The notes under the pieces were generated by a model that saw only the letters and a list, made by a program, of their open reading frames with translations, was not told where the DNA came from and searched no databases. Positions 38,570 through 49,151 of a DNA stretch of 64,000 bases are shown piece after piece; positions within the stretch are counted from its first letter, which is position 1, and every line of letters starts with the position of its first letter. The translations under genes were made by a program, and so were the position numbers. This DNA comes from an uncultured delta proteobacterium (GTDB lineage Bacteria; Desulfobacterota; RBG-13-43-22). The stretch lies in contig CAWBOS010000015.1 in assembly GCA_963790475.1 (NCBI GenBank), forward strand, positions 160,001 to 224,000. Reading direction: 5' to 3'.

Positions 38570-40084
38570 TTACATCAACCCTTCCCAGACCGCCCTCTCC
38601 TGGCCGTAAGGATCATCATTCACTGTAATCTCTTTATCGAAAATGACAGTCGCCCTTTTGTTAACTGAGTAAGGGGACAAGGCCGGAATAGCCGGATTGT
38701 TTGGATTTCCGGTTCTGGCAAAAGCGATCCAGGTATCCATCATGGCCCCGCTGAGAGTTTCAGTTTCCGCGTCCCGTTTGGGAAAGATTCCCACTTCGGT
38801 ATTCAATAGGACACCGAAAACAAACCCCAGTTCCAGGGCGTGCATGGCCCCGTATTTACCCCCCCTGAATGGGCTTTGCCAGGTAAACAGATACATATAG
38901 GTATTTTTTTGATGCTGGCTTTGGGCCTCAGCAAGACGGACGGAGGGGATTCGAAAGGTGTAATCAGTGGTGATGGCGTCCATAATCTCTCTGGAGGTTT
39001 CTTTATTGCCCCGGTAAATTTCAAGGAGCTTTTCATTCCATTGCTCCTCTTTCCCAATCAAAGTAACCAGTTCTTTTAGGCCTTTCCTCAGACCGGCTTC
39101 ATCCATTTTTTCAGCTTCGGGATTTAACAAATTCCAAAGTTTCGTTTCGTTGAGATTGGACCCGGCGAAAACGGAGATCTCTTTGGCATACCCTTTTCTT
39201 AGGACCTCTAAAGGATGATCCGGTAATACTTGTTTATCAACAACCGGCCCTAAGCGTAACGGCCGGTCTTCTGTAAATCCCCCCGAAGCAGGCATAATGG
39301 CTGTCTGGGCTTTCAGTAATGCATCAACGGAAATCCGTCGCAGGGTCTTGAGATCCCCTTTTCGGAGGGCTAAGATTTTGATCAGATTTTCATGGGCCCG
39401 CATCGCCGCCTCCGGATTCATCCCCAGGGGATGAGCCGCTCCCGATTGCAAAATAGCCCGGTGGAATAAACCTTTGGCCGAAGGCATGGCCAGCAGGGCA
39501 GCTATGGCAAATCCACCGGCCGATTCCCCAAAGATGGTAATGTTATCCGGGTCTCCTCCAAAATGAAAAATGTTCTTTTTCACGAACCGAAGGGCGGCCG
39601 CCATATCCAACAATCCAACGTTTGAACTCGCTTCCGGCTCGTCGGGCCAATATAGAAACCCAAGGACCCCCAGCCGATAGTTGATGCTTACCACCACCAC
39701 GTCCCCTCTCAAGGCCAACCGGGAACCGTCAAGGGAAGCTCCCGTACCGGTAACAAATGCCCCGCCGTGAATGAAAAATAGAACCGGGCGTTTTGAGGAG
39801 TCAACAGCAGGGGTCCAGATATTCAGGGTCAGGCATTCCGCCTCGTTTTGGGCCCTCTGCCCTCCGAACAAGGCTTCCAGATTAGAAGGGGCTTGCGGCG
39901 CTATCGAGCCGTATTCCAAGGCATCCCGCACACCGGTCCAGGGTACCACGGGAGCCGGAGGGTTGAAACGGAGATGTCTAACCGGGGGTGCGGCGTAGGG
40001 AATTCCTTTAAATTTGATGATGCCTCTTCGACCGTAACCCCGAACTTTACCGTTTGAAGTTTCAACAACAGGTTCTTTTTCCAT
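38570..40084 (-). CDS. Type B carboxylesterase
   Basis: FKGIPYA, ECLTLNIW, IHGGAF, FGESAGG, GAMHALEL. Confidence 0.93.
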   Translation of the reverse strand: MEKEPVVETSNGKVRGYGRRGIIKFKGIPYAAPPVRHLRFNPPAPVVPWTGVRDALEYGSIAPQAPSNLEALFGGQRAQNEAECLTLNIWTPAVDSSKRPVLFFIHGGAFVTGTGASLDGSRLALRGDVVVVSINYRLGVLGFLYWPDEPEASSNVGLLDMAAALRFVKKNIFHFGGDPDNITIFGESAGGFAIAALLAMPSAKGLFHRAILQSGAAHPLGMNPEAAMRAHENLIKILALRKGDLKTLRRISVDALLKAQTAIMPASGGFTEDRPLRLGPVVDKQVLPDHPLEVLRKGYAKEISVFAGSNLNETKLWNLLNPEAEKMDEAGLRKGLKELVTLIGKEEQWNEKLLEIYRGNKETSREIMDAITTDYTFRIPSVRLAEAQSQHQKNTYMYLFTWQSPFRGGKYGAMHALELGFVFGVLLNTEVGIFPKRDAETETLSGAMMDTWIAFARTGNPNNPAIPALSPYSVNKRATVIFDKEITVNDDPYGQERAVWEGLM

Positions 40085-40208
40085 AGGCGATTCCTCTCCT
40101 TTTATCAACTTTCCAGGTCCTGTCATTAATGGATTTTAAAAAGACCAATACCAACCCCGGTTGCAGGAGTGGAATGCCCCCGGAACCGGGAGGAGAAAGA
40201 TGAATGGA

Positions 40209-40430
40209 TTAGGATTTGTGGCGGAAGACAATCAGTCCATGAGAAAGGTCATATAAAGAAACACCCACAGTCACTTTATCCCCCTCGATCACCCGGATTT
40301 TAAAACGCTTCATCGTGCCGCAGAGTTTGGCGGTGATGGTGGTTCCGTTTTCCAAGGTTATCAAGTAGTTTCCCCCCCCGGTGGCTTTACTGACTTTGCC
40401 TTCGAATTTGGCTAGGTCGTCTTTAGACAA
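40209..40430 (-). CDS. infA: Translation initiation factor IF-1
   Basis: EGKV, GTMKRFKIRVIEGDKVTV..SLYDLSHGLIVFR. Confidence 0.9.
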   Translation of the reverse strand: MSKDDLAKFEGKVSKATGGGNYLITLENGTTITAKLCGTMKRFKIRVIEGDKVTVGVSLYDLSHGLIVFRHKS

Positions 40431-40566
40431 TAATTCCAACTCCTTTGTTGAACCCAGATATTTGATGGACTTATAAAAAGGCCATCAACAGGGTCCCGGT
40501 CCTGTTTCGTAAAAAATCGTTTTTTTATTTTTTACAAAATATCAGGTTTATACTCGGTTAGAATGC

Positions 40567-40601
40567 AAAAAGCCTGCAACCGGTTAGCCGGTTAGCAGGC
40601 T
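40567..40601 (-). terminator. Intrinsic terminator between the RRM gene and infA
   Basis: AGCCTGC-AACCGG..CCGGTT-A-GCAGGCT stem with a U-run on the minus strand. Confidence 0.7.
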
Positions 40602-40642
40602 AATTGCAGATTTTTAACAGTGTTTTTCAAGACAAGAAAGGA

Positions 40643-41011
40643 CTACCAGCGGCTTCGGCCTTGCGAACCGCCGCTACGGCCCCCTCCTCCGCCGCGGCCA
40701 CCCTTGCCTTTACCACCACCGCCACCCGGACCCCCGCGGAAACCTCCTCCGCCTTCACGAGGCACTTGGGGACGGGCCTTGGAAACGGTTAGGGTACGCC
40801 CTTCGTATCCGCTGCCATTCAAGTTTTTTATGGCTTCGTTCGCTTCTTGTTCACTGGCCATTTCCACGAACCCGAATCCTTTGCTGAGACCGGTTTCCCG
40901 ATCGGTTATCACCTTGGCGGATTCAACCGTTCCGTAAGGTGTAAAAATCTGGGAAAGGATTTCATCGTTCACAGAATAAGGGAGACTACCTACATACAAT
41001 TTGTTGGACAT
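40643..41011 (-). CDS. RRM RNA-binding protein with a glycine-rich tail
   Basis: LYVGSL (RNP2), KGFGFVEM (RNP1), RGG tail. Confidence 0.95.
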   Translation of the reverse strand: MSNKLYVGSLPYSVNDEILSQIFTPYGTVESAKVITDRETGLSKGFGFVEMASEQEANEAIKNLNGSGYEGRTLTVSKARPQVPREGGGGFRGGPGGGGGKGKGGRGGGGGRSGGSQGRSRW

Positions 41012-41262
41012 GGGACCTCCTTAAAGGTTTATGTCCCTTAAAGAGGTCTTAAGCTTCATGGCCGGGAACTCTTTAAAGGCGGGGTAAATTTTTACCTTAT
41101 TTATACCATATTTTGTTTTCCGATACAACCCTTTTATTAGAACAGTCTCCCGGGTCTCAAGATGGGGGGCCAAAACAAATATTCCTGATAACCGCGAAGG
41201 GCATTACGAACCATACGGAATTCACTTCCATATATCCGTTGTTTATAAAGAGTATCTGGGGT

Positions 41263-42762
41263 TTATTTTTTCGCCGGTTTGCTTAAGGCCTCGCGGTCCC
41301 CGCCGCTCATCCCGGCAATGTACTTGACCAGTTTCTTACGGGATTCAATGTCATATTGGGTGGTAATGGCAATCTGTTCCATGATCGGAGAGCCGCCGCC
41401 ATGGTAGGCCCCCATTCTTTGCACTCCGCCGGCCGATGAGCACAGTACATCACCCAGGTACCGCCAGAACTGAGCCTGGTCCTCCACCGGCATCTTCGGA
41501 TTCCTTTTGGTGTATTTAAGAAGCAGATCTTTAATATCTTTATTCATGAAATCCTTTTCATGGGGGAAGGTGGCTACCACACCGCCGGAGAGATCGCAAA
41601 GGATTTCCGCTTCACGGAATACCGCCTCTCCCGTCAGACAGCGGCCGACATTACAATAAATCGAATGGGGAATGTAGGAACCGGGACCGTAGGGAACAAA
41701 TCCTACGCCGGGCATGTAAACCTCGGCTTTTCCCATACTGGAAGCCGTATATCCGGCAGCGTAGCCCAATTCGGTGATCATGATCACCTCGGCCAGCTTT
41801 TCCCGGACATGGGAGGCCTTATGAATGTTGTTCACCTCGGCCGCCAGGGCCGCGGTCCCCAACAGGATATCACCGAGACCCGGTTTGCAGCCCGAATAGG
41901 AATGCCGATGGAACAAGGCAAACAACAGGGCCATCGTACCTCCATGCTGCCATTCTCCGGCTAAAAATACCCTTTCCCAGGGCACAAAGCAATTGTCAAA
42001 GATCAGATAGGAATCGGTGGCTCCCTGGGAAAAGCCGCGGGGGAAATTATCCCTCTTCCTGAAGTTGCGGACGGTGACGACTTGTTTCATTCCATCCCAG
42101 TCAGCGGGAACGGCGAAGGAAACGGCATAGTCCTTATCTTCGGGGCGTAAGGCTCGGGTGGGAACCACCAGTACTTCATCAGCCACTGAAGCCTCTGAAA
42201 TGTGCAGCTTGCATCCGCTGACCACGATCCCGTCTCTCCGTTTTTCCATGATCCGCAGATAGGCTTCTTTGTTCTCCTGATCGGCAGGCCTGGCCAACCG
42301 GTCGCCCTTGACGTCCGTCTGGGCGCAGCAACCTACCAAATCTTCGGTCTGGAAGCGGGTCAACCATTTTTTGAAATTCTCATGATATTGGGTGGCGCCG
42401 TTGTTTTGTTTGTCCGCCTCATAGGAGACATTGTAAATCGAATTAGTGGCATCAATGCCCATGCAGCGTTGGATGCACCCTCCCACCTTGCCGCAAAGCA
42501 AACGGGTCATATCCTGTTTCTTGTGCAGGTCATCGGTATTCTGATGGATGTGGGTAAATCGGCTGATCCGCTCCCCTGTCAGATGAGAGACGGCGGTCAA
42601 CAAATCCTGGTTTTCAGGCTTTAATGTCTCATCAAAAGTGGTGCCGATGGTATTGAGACAGTCCTGCTGCTTCTCATCCAGCCGGTCGATCAATTCGCCG
42701 TCGCAATAGATATTTCGTTTCAGCTTGCTCAAGCCTTGGAAATACAGTTCCTTGGTTCTCAT
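41263..42762 (-). CDS. 4-hydroxybutyryl-CoA dehydratase (AbfD)-like protein of the HpaB superfamily
   Basis: CIQRC and HRHSYSGCK Fe-S ligand motifs, QTDVKGDR, HGGGSP. Confidence 0.82.
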   Translation of the reverse strand: MRTKELYFQGLSKLKRNIYCDGELIDRLDEKQQDCLNTIGTTFDETLKPENQDLLTAVSHLTGERISRFTHIHQNTDDLHKKQDMTRLLCGKVGGCIQRCMGIDATNSIYNVSYEADKQNNGATQYHENFKKWLTRFQTEDLVGCCAQTDVKGDRLARPADQENKEAYLRIMEKRRDGIVVSGCKLHISEASVADEVLVVPTRALRPEDKDYAVSFAVPADWDGMKQVVTVRNFRKRDNFPRGFSQGATDSYLIFDNCFVPWERVFLAGEWQHGGTMALLFALFHRHSYSGCKPGLGDILLGTAALAAEVNNIHKASHVREKLAEVIMITELGYAAGYTASSMGKAEVYMPGVGFVPYGPGSYIPHSIYCNVGRCLTGEAVFREAEILCDLSGGVVATFPHEKDFMNKDIKDLLLKYTKRNPKMPVEDQAQFWRYLGDVLCSSAGGVQRMGAYHGGGSPIMEQIAITTQYDIESRKKLVKYIAGMSGGDREALSKPAKK

Positions 42763-42900
42763 TTTTTCTTCCTCCTTCTTTTAGCCCTTAGAATAATTAT
42801 AAAAATAATGGGTGATGATGGATAATGTCAAGGAAAACCTTCAGGGCGATCTCTTAAGGTAATGGACTCTCTATTGAGCCAGTTGAGAGTCCTTTTTTTC

Positions 42901-42986
42901 TTAACAGGTCAGTCCCGCCTGGCGGGATTGCCTTAGCTTGAAATCAGTTGAGGTCAGTCAGGCCCCGGGCGGGACTGACCTGTTAA
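42901..42986. repeat. 86-bp palindromic element with 19-bp perfect terminal inverted repeats ending in TTAA
   Basis: TTAACAGGTCAGTCCCGCC ... GGCGGGACTGACCTGTTAA. Confidence 0.8.
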
Positions 42987-43037
42987 ATGAGGAATTCGAT
43001 TTGGCTGAACTTTGGCCAGATGATCCGTTTTCGCTGA

Positions 43038-43361
43038 TCAAAATAAAGTCTGGAGCCATTGTTTCACTTCGGGCGTCAAAGGATAAACACCTTTGGCGTG
43101 ATTGCAGCAGACCCAGAATTGCCGGGGGAGTTCAAGCTCATAAAGGTTTTCCGCCCCGTCTTTGGTCATCTTTTGCAAACGGACCTTATAAGGTTCCTGC
43201 CAGGTATCAATCGAAAAATAATAAGTTTCCTTTTCCGGATCGCCGTACCTTCCCGAATATCCGGTGTTCCCCCATTCCAGATAGCAGGCCACGGCATCGG
43301 CCGGCCCCATGTCCCAGTCAATCGAAATATCTTTAAACCTGGATAATTCAGCCACCTTCAC
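43038..43361 (-). CDS. DVU0772-like conserved deltaproteobacterial protein
   Basis: IDWDM.P.DAV..YLEWGN, YFSIDTW, GVYPL...VKQWL. Confidence 0.7.
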   Translation of the reverse strand: MKVAELSRFKDISIDWDMGPADAVACYLEWGNTGYSGRYGDPEKETYYFSIDTWQEPYKVRLQKMTKDGAENLYELELPRQFWVCCNHAKGVYPLTPEVKQWLQTLF

Positions 43362-43367
43362 TCTCCT

Positions 43368-43811
43368 TCAATACTTTAATTCCCTGGATCCCAGGGACCG
43401 ATTCTCCTTCACCCGACCTCGCCTTTTCTTTTCAGCGATTCTTTCTTCCTGAACCCTTCGGGGAATCCGGGTCTTTTTTCTAAACCGTGGTTTGATCAAT
43501 GATTGGGCCAGCAATTCGACAAAACGTTGTAAGGCCAATTCCCGATTGACGGCCTGACTCCTGGTTTGTTGAGCGTTGACCCAAAGGACACCCGCTTTAT
43601 TAATGCGGGTGGACAGTTTCTTAAGGATCTGCTGTTTCTCTTCTTCTGAAAGACTGGGGGAGTTAAGGATATCAAACCAGAGGGTGATCCGGGTACTGAC
43701 CTTGTTGACGTTCTGCCCCCCGGCCCCGCTGCTTCGGGAAGCGGTAAAATATAGTTCGTCTTCGGGGATAGAAAGCCCTTCGGTAATTTTGACGGTCGGT
43801 TGTCTATTCAT
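43368..43811 (-). CDS. arfB: Alternative ribosome rescue factor ArfB (YaeJ)
   Basis: RSSGAGGQNVNKV, RSQ..N, basic C-terminal tail. Confidence 0.95.
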   Translation of the reverse strand: MNRQPTVKITEGLSIPEDELYFTASRSSGAGGQNVNKVSTRITLWFDILNSPSLSEEEKQQILKKLSTRINKAGVLWVNAQQTRSQAVNRELALQRFVELLAQSLIKPRFRKKTRIPRRVQEERIAEKKRRGRVKENRSLGSRELKY

Positions 43812-44036
43812 CGTCTATCTGCGGATTCAGGCCATTAACAATCTCGAACCTGTACCGGACCTTAAACGGCCTGTCGGGAATAAGGCCAATCATTCAAAAA
43901 AGGCTTATTCCTGAAAGAGAAAACAGTTAACCTGACCTTGCCCGACAGACCTATTTCAAAAAACAGCCCATGAAAATATCTTTTGACAATCTCTATCCTA
44001 ATCTATTAATAAATATTACTTCAATATAAAAATAAT

Positions 44037-45245
44037 TTGAGCTTCCCTTCCATATATAAAGGAGCCTTTATGTTTATTGTTTGTCAAGAAAAATCCGGGA
44101 ACCTTAATAAAATGCTCAAAGGTAGTTTCCTGGCCCTTATGGTTCTCTCTACCTTGGGTCTCCAGGCTTGTTCCGACAAGAACAACGAGGCTTCCAAAGC
44201 CAGAAAAGAAAGGGTGGTGCCGGTTATGGTAACCACCGTAGAAGAGAAAACAGTTCCGGTACAGCTCACGGCTATCGGCAATGTGGAGGCCTATTCAACG
44301 GTGGCCATCAAATCTCGGGTCACCGGGGAGCTGAAGAAGGTCCATTTTCAAGAAGGCCAGGACGTGATCCGCGGGGCCTTGCTCTTTACTATCGATTCCG
44401 AGCCTTTTGTAGCCGATCTAAGAAAGGCTCAGGCCAATTTGGCTCGAAATATAGCCTTGGCCAAAAAGGCCGAAGAGGATCTCCGGCGCTATGCGGATCT
44501 CGTTAAGAAAGAATATGTCAGTCAGGAACAATATGATCAGGTGGCCACCAATCTGGACGCCCTGAAGGCCCAGATCAAGGCCGACCAGGCGACAGTGGAG
44601 ACTGCCCGTCTGCAAGTCAGTTACTGTTCCATTCAGGCCCCCATATCCGGCCGCACCGGTGCCTTGTTGGTCAACCAAGGGAATCAAGTTAAGGCCAATG
44701 ATGACACCAAGAATCTGGTCGTCATTAATCAGGTGCAGCCGGTCTATGTTACTTTTTCCCTACCGGAACAGGCCCTATCAGAAATTAAGAAATATTCGGT
44801 CGGCGGAAAGCTGAAAATAAAAGCCCTTCTTTCCAAGGAAGAGCAACCCGAAGAAGGCCTGCTGACTTTCATCGATAATACTGTGGATAAGACAACCGGT
44901 ACCATCCGCTTGCGGGGGACCTTCCCCAATAAGGAAAAAAGATTGTGGCCAGGGCAATTCGTCAATCTAATTCTGGGCCTGACCTCCCAACCCAATACCC
45001 TGGTCGTTCCTTCCCAGTCGGTCCAGACGGGAATGGACGGACAATACGTCTTTGTGATCAAACCGGACCTGAAAGCCGAAAATCGTCCGGTGACTGTCGG
45101 ACGAAGCCTGGACGGCTTTATGGTCATTGAAAAAGGGCTGAAAGCCGGAGAGATGGTGGTGACCGACGGTCAATTCCAATTGGTTTCCGGAACCAAGGTC
45201 CAGATCAAAAAGGGACTGGATCAAAAAGGGGCGGCCCGTCCATGA
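44037..45245 (+). CDS. RND efflux periplasmic adaptor (MdtA-like)
   Basis: GNVEAYSTV, IQAPISGRTG, IDNTVD.TTGT, LWPGQFV; start uncertain. Confidence 0.92.
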   Translation: MSFPSIYKGAFMFIVCQEKSGNLNKMLKGSFLALMVLSTLGLQACSDKNNEASKARKERVVPVMVTTVEEKTVPVQLTAIGNVEAYSTVAIKSRVTGELKKVHFQEGQDVIRGALLFTIDSEPFVADLRKAQANLARNIALAKKAEEDLRRYADLVKKEYVSQEQYDQVATNLDALKAQIKADQATVETARLQVSYCSIQAPISGRTGALLVNQGNQVKANDDTKNLVVINQVQPVYVTFSLPEQALSEIKKYSVGGKLKIKALLSKEEQPEEGLLTFIDNTVDKTTGTIRLRGTFPNKEKRLWPGQFVNLILGLTSQPNTLVVPSQSVQTGMDGQYVFVIKPDLKAENRPVTVGRSLDGFMVIEKGLKAGEMVVTDGQFQLVSGTKVQIKKGLDQKGAARP

Positions 45246-48200
45246 ATATCGCCGAAACTTTTATACGCCGCCCGGTCATGACCACCCTGGTCATGATGGG
45301 GATCTTGATTTTCGGGATTATGAGCTATCGGTTGCTGCCGGTAAACGATCTGCCCAATGTGGATTTTCCGACCATCCTGGTCTATGCCGGCCTGCCCGGA
45401 GCCAGTCCGGAGACCATGGCCGCAGCCGTTGCCACCCCCCTGGAAAAGGAATTTTCAACCATTGCCGGTCTGGATTCCATGTCCTCCAGCAATGGCCAGG
45501 GCGTTTCCCAAATCACCCTGCAATTCAATTTGGAAAGAAATATCGATGCGGCGGCCCAGGATGTCCAGTCGGCCATGGCCAAGGCCGCCCGACAACTTCC
45601 TCCTGGTATGCCCGTCCCGCCCTGGTTTCGAAAGGTGAATCCGGCCGATCAGCCGGTGTTGTTTTTGAATTTAAAGTCTTCCCTGGTTCCTCTTTCGGTG
45701 GTTGATGAGTACGCCCAGACCGTCGTTGCCCAACGGATTTCCATGATCAGCGGTGTGGCCCAGGTTACGGTTTACGGCTCCCAAAAATATGCGGTCCGCA
45801 TCCAGCTCGACCCCAAGGCCCTGGCCTCCCGGGGCCTTGGCATTGATGAGGTGTCCAATGCTATTATTAACGGAAATGTCAACCTGCCTACAGGAGCCCT
45901 TTCCGGCAAGCACCAGGCCCTGACCATACTGGCCTCCGGCCAGCTCTACGATGCCGAGGCCTACCGGCCCATGATCGTGGCCTATCGCCAGGGCGCCCCG
46001 GTCCGTCTGGATCAGATAGGCCGGGTCCTCAACAGCGTCGAAAACGACAAGGTGGCCGGCTGGTATATTGATCAGCGCTCCATCGGCCTGGCCATCCAGC
46101 GTCAGCCCGGGACCAATACTATTGAAGTGGTGGACAATATCAAAAAACTTCTACCCTCTTTCCGGTCCCAGTTGCCGGCCTCGGTGGAGCTGATCACCAT
46201 GTTTGACCGATCGGAATCCATCCGTGACTCGGTCAATGATGTCAAGTTGACCTTGATCCTGACCATTTTCCTCGTCGTCTTTGTGATTTTTTTCTTTCTG
46301 CGCAATCTGTCGGCCACGATTATCCCCAGTCTGGCCCTACCCATGTCCATCGTCGGGACTTTCTCCGTGATGTATTTTATGAACTTCAGTTTGAATAACC
46401 TGTCCCTGATGGCCCTGATTCTGTGTGTCGGGTTCGTGGTCGATGATGCGATTGTCATGCTCGAAAATATCGTCCGCCACATGGAAGGAGGGGAACCTCC
46501 CCATGAGGCCTCTCTGACCGGATCCAAGGAGATCAGTTTCACCATCCTTTCCATGACCCTTTCTCTGGCCGCGGTGTTTATTCCGGTCCTTTTTATGAGC
46601 GGTATCCTGGGCCGGTTATTCCGGGAATTCGCCGTCACGATCATGGCGGCCATACTGGTCTCCGGTGTTGTTTCCTTAAGCCTGACCCCCATGCTCTGCA
46701 GCCGTTTCCTGCGTCCTCCCCAAAGCCAGCATCATAACCGGATTTATTGGGCCTCAGAACGTTTCTTTGCCGGTATGCTCAAGGTCTATGATTGGAGTCT
46801 CAAAAAGGTCTTGAATCATCGCCGGGCCACCATGATCGTAACCGCTCTTTTGCTCCTGGCCACCATTTATCTATTTTCAGTTTCTCCCAAAGGGTTTATC
46901 CCCAGCGAAGACACCGGCCAGATCAGCGGGATTACCGAGGCCGCCCAGGGGATTTCCTTTGATAGCATGGTCCTTCATCAAAAAGCCCTGGCCGATATCG
47001 TTCAAAAAGACCCCAATGTGGCCTCCTTCACTTCTTCCGCCGGGGCCGGCGGCCCCAGCGCCACCGGGAATGCCGGCCGAATGTTCATTCGTCTGAAACC
47101 AAGGGCGAAGCGTCTCTTGAACGCCGATGAGGTGATTCAATCCTTGCGGGCCAAATTGGCGGGTGTTCCCGGGATACAGATTTTTCTTCAAAACCCTCCC
47201 TTGATTCGGATCGGCGGGCGCTTGACCAAAGGGATGTATGAATTCACTCTGCAGTCTCCGAATACCCAGGAACTCTACCGCTCAGCCGTGCTTCTGGAAT
47301 CCAGGATGCGAACCCTGACTGAACTCCAGGATGTGTCCAGTGACCTGCAGATCAAAAACCCTCAGATCAATATGGACATAGACCGGGATAAGGCCACGGC
47401 CCTGGGGGTTACCGTGGCCCAGATTGAAGATGCCCTGTATTCGGCCTATGGCGACAGGCAGGTTTCCACGATCTATGCCCCCAATAATCAATACATGGTC
47501 ATCATGGAGCTGGAGCCACAGTACCAGATGGATCCGGCGGCCCTGTCTCTGCTTAATGTCCGCTCTAATACCGGTCAACTCGTTCAACTGGATTCTGTGG
47601 CCCGGATAAGCCGCAGTGTGGGTCCATTGGTGGTCAACCATTCGGGACAGCATCCTTCGGTGACCATCTCCTTTAACCTGAAACCCGGGGTGGCTATAGG
47701 TGACATCGTAGACAAAGTTGAAAAATTGGCCCGTAACGTCGTGCCCTCGGTCATCACCACCAGTTTTCAGGGATCGGCCCAGGCCTTTCAATCTTCCCTG
47801 AAAGGATTATGGCTCCTGCTGATTCTGGCCATTCTGGTCATCTATATCGTTTTGGGGATCCTCTATGAAAATTTTTTCCATCCCATAACTATTCTTTCCG
47901 GCCTGCCTTCAGCGGCCTTCGGGGCCTTACTGACCCTGCTCATCTTTAAGACCGAGTTGAGCATCTATGCCTTTGTCGGGATCATCATGCTCATCGGTAT
48001 CGTCAAAAAGAATGCCATCATGATGATCGATTTCGCCCTTGAAGCCCAGCGATCGGAAAGAAAGAGCCCGGCCGAGGCCATTTATCAGGGTTGTCTGATC
48101 CGTTTTCGTCCCATCATGATGACCTCTATGGCCGCCTTTATGGGCACCCTGCCGATTGCTCTCGGCTTCGGGGCCGGGGCCGAATCCCGACGTCCTCTCG

Positions 48201-48325
48201 GCCTGGCGGTGGTTGGGGGCTTGGTGTTCTCCCAACTTTTGACCCTCTACATCACCCCGGTTTTTTATCTTTACATGGAATCGTTTCAGGAAAGAATCAA
48301 AAAATGGAAGGGAAAGAAAGGATAG
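45242..48325 (+). CDS. RND efflux permease (MdtB/C-like)
   Basis: FIRRPV, GFVVDDAIVMLEN, GIVKKNAIMMIDFA, RFRPIMMT. Confidence 0.95.
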   Translation: MNIAETFIRRPVMTTLVMMGILIFGIMSYRLLPVNDLPNVDFPTILVYAGLPGASPETMAAAVATPLEKEFSTIAGLDSMSSSNGQGVSQITLQFNLERNIDAAAQDVQSAMAKAARQLPPGMPVPPWFRKVNPADQPVLFLNLKSSLVPLSVVDEYAQTVVAQRISMISGVAQVTVYGSQKYAVRIQLDPKALASRGLGIDEVSNAIINGNVNLPTGALSGKHQALTILASGQLYDAEAYRPMIVAYRQGAPVRLDQIGRVLNSVENDKVAGWYIDQRSIGLAIQRQPGTNTIEVVDNIKKLLPSFRSQLPASVELITMFDRSESIRDSVNDVKLTLILTIFLVVFVIFFFLRNLSATIIPSLALPMSIVGTFSVMYFMNFSLNNLSLMALILCVGFVVDDAIVMLENIVRHMEGGEPPHEASLTGSKEISFTILSMTLSLAAVFIPVLFMSGILGRLFREFAVTIMAAILVSGVVSLSLTPMLCSRFLRPPQSQHHNRIYWASERFFAGMLKVYDWSLKKVLNHRRATMIVTALLLLATIYLFSVSPKGFIPSEDTGQISGITEAAQGISFDSMVLHQKALADIVQKDPNVASFTSSAGAGGPSATGNAGRMFIRLKPRAKRLLNADEVIQSLRAKLAGVPGIQIFLQNPPLIRIGGRLTKGMYEFTLQSPNTQELYRSAVLLESRMRTLTELQDVSSDLQIKNPQINMDIDRDKATALGVTVAQIEDALYSAYGDRQVSTIYAPNNQYMVIMELEPQYQMDPAALSLLNVRSNTGQLVQLDSVARISRSVGPLVVNHSGQHPSVTISFNLKPGVAIGDIVDKVEKLARNVVPSVITTSFQGSAQAFQSSLKGLWLLLILAILVIYIVLGILYENFFHPITILSGLPSAAFGALLTLLIFKTELSIYAFVGIIMLIGIVKKNAIMMIDFALEAQRSERKSPAEAIYQGCLIRFRPIMMTSMAAFMGTLPIALGFGAGAESRRPLGLAVVGGLVFSQLLTLYITPVFYLYMESFQERIKKWKGKKG

Positions 48326-48716
48326 AAAAAGGAGCAAGGGAGGGACATACCGACGAGGAAACAAAATAAGATAAATCCTCAATCCCTGGATTATCGGCAT
48401 CAAAACTTACCTCAACAGACCCCAGGGTAAAAGGTTCGATGGGCCTTCAACGTTTGTAGAGTCTCCAGCCCGTATCAGTTGACCGCCTTCTCTCGCCTTA
48501 CTTTCCGGACGATATCCAAAGCCTGCTCATAGGTTATTTCCATTTCTGCCACAATAATAAATTGGAATAAGATTCAAGAGCAGACCTGCCTCCTTAATGC
48601 TATAAGGAAATGGTTCTTGGAGAGAAGACGCCAATTCTTGGTTGCCAATTCTTTGAAACCAAGTTATATTTAATCTGACAGTATTTGAGCTTATCGGACC
48701 TAATTGAGTTAATATT

Positions 48717-49151
48717 ATGATGAAAATTCTTGGTTTGGATTTGGGGAGCAAGACCATCGGGGTGGCCATCAGTGACGATCTGTTCCTCACCGCCCAGGTG
48801 TTGACTTCTATCAAAAGGACCACTCTGGAAAAAGACCTGGCGGTTATTGTGAGCCTGGTGGACGAATATGGGGTGGAGGAGATGGTGGTCGGCCTGCCGA
48901 TCAATATGGACGGAAGTAGCGGCGAATCGGCCCGCAAGGCCGAATCGTTCATCGACAAACTCCGGGAAACCCTCCCCATCAGGATCATCCCCTGGGATGA
49001 ACGCCTTTCTACCGTGGCCGCGGAACGGATCCTCCTGGAAGGAGACCTCAGCCGGAAAAAGCGACGCAAGGTGATCGACCGGCTATCGGCCGCCATCATT
49101 CTCCAGGGTTATCTGGACAGCCGGCCCCGGGAAAATGGACGGCCCCTTTGA
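48717..49151 (+). CDS. ruvX: RuvX/YqgF family nuclease
   Basis: LGLDLGSKTIGVA, VGLP, WDERLST, IDRLSAAIILQ. Confidence 0.95.
   Translation: MMKILGLDLGSKTIGVAISDDLFLTAQVLTSIKRTTLEKDLAVIVSLVDEYGVEEMVVGLPINMDGSSGESARKAESFIDKLRETLPIRIIPWDERLSTVAAERILLEGDLSRKKRRKVIDRLSAAIILQGYLDSRPRENGRPL

Noticed and set aside
48330-48716. Possible ncRNA (e.g. 6S) upstream of ruvX
   Set aside because: Could not identify the conserved structure or motifs by eye
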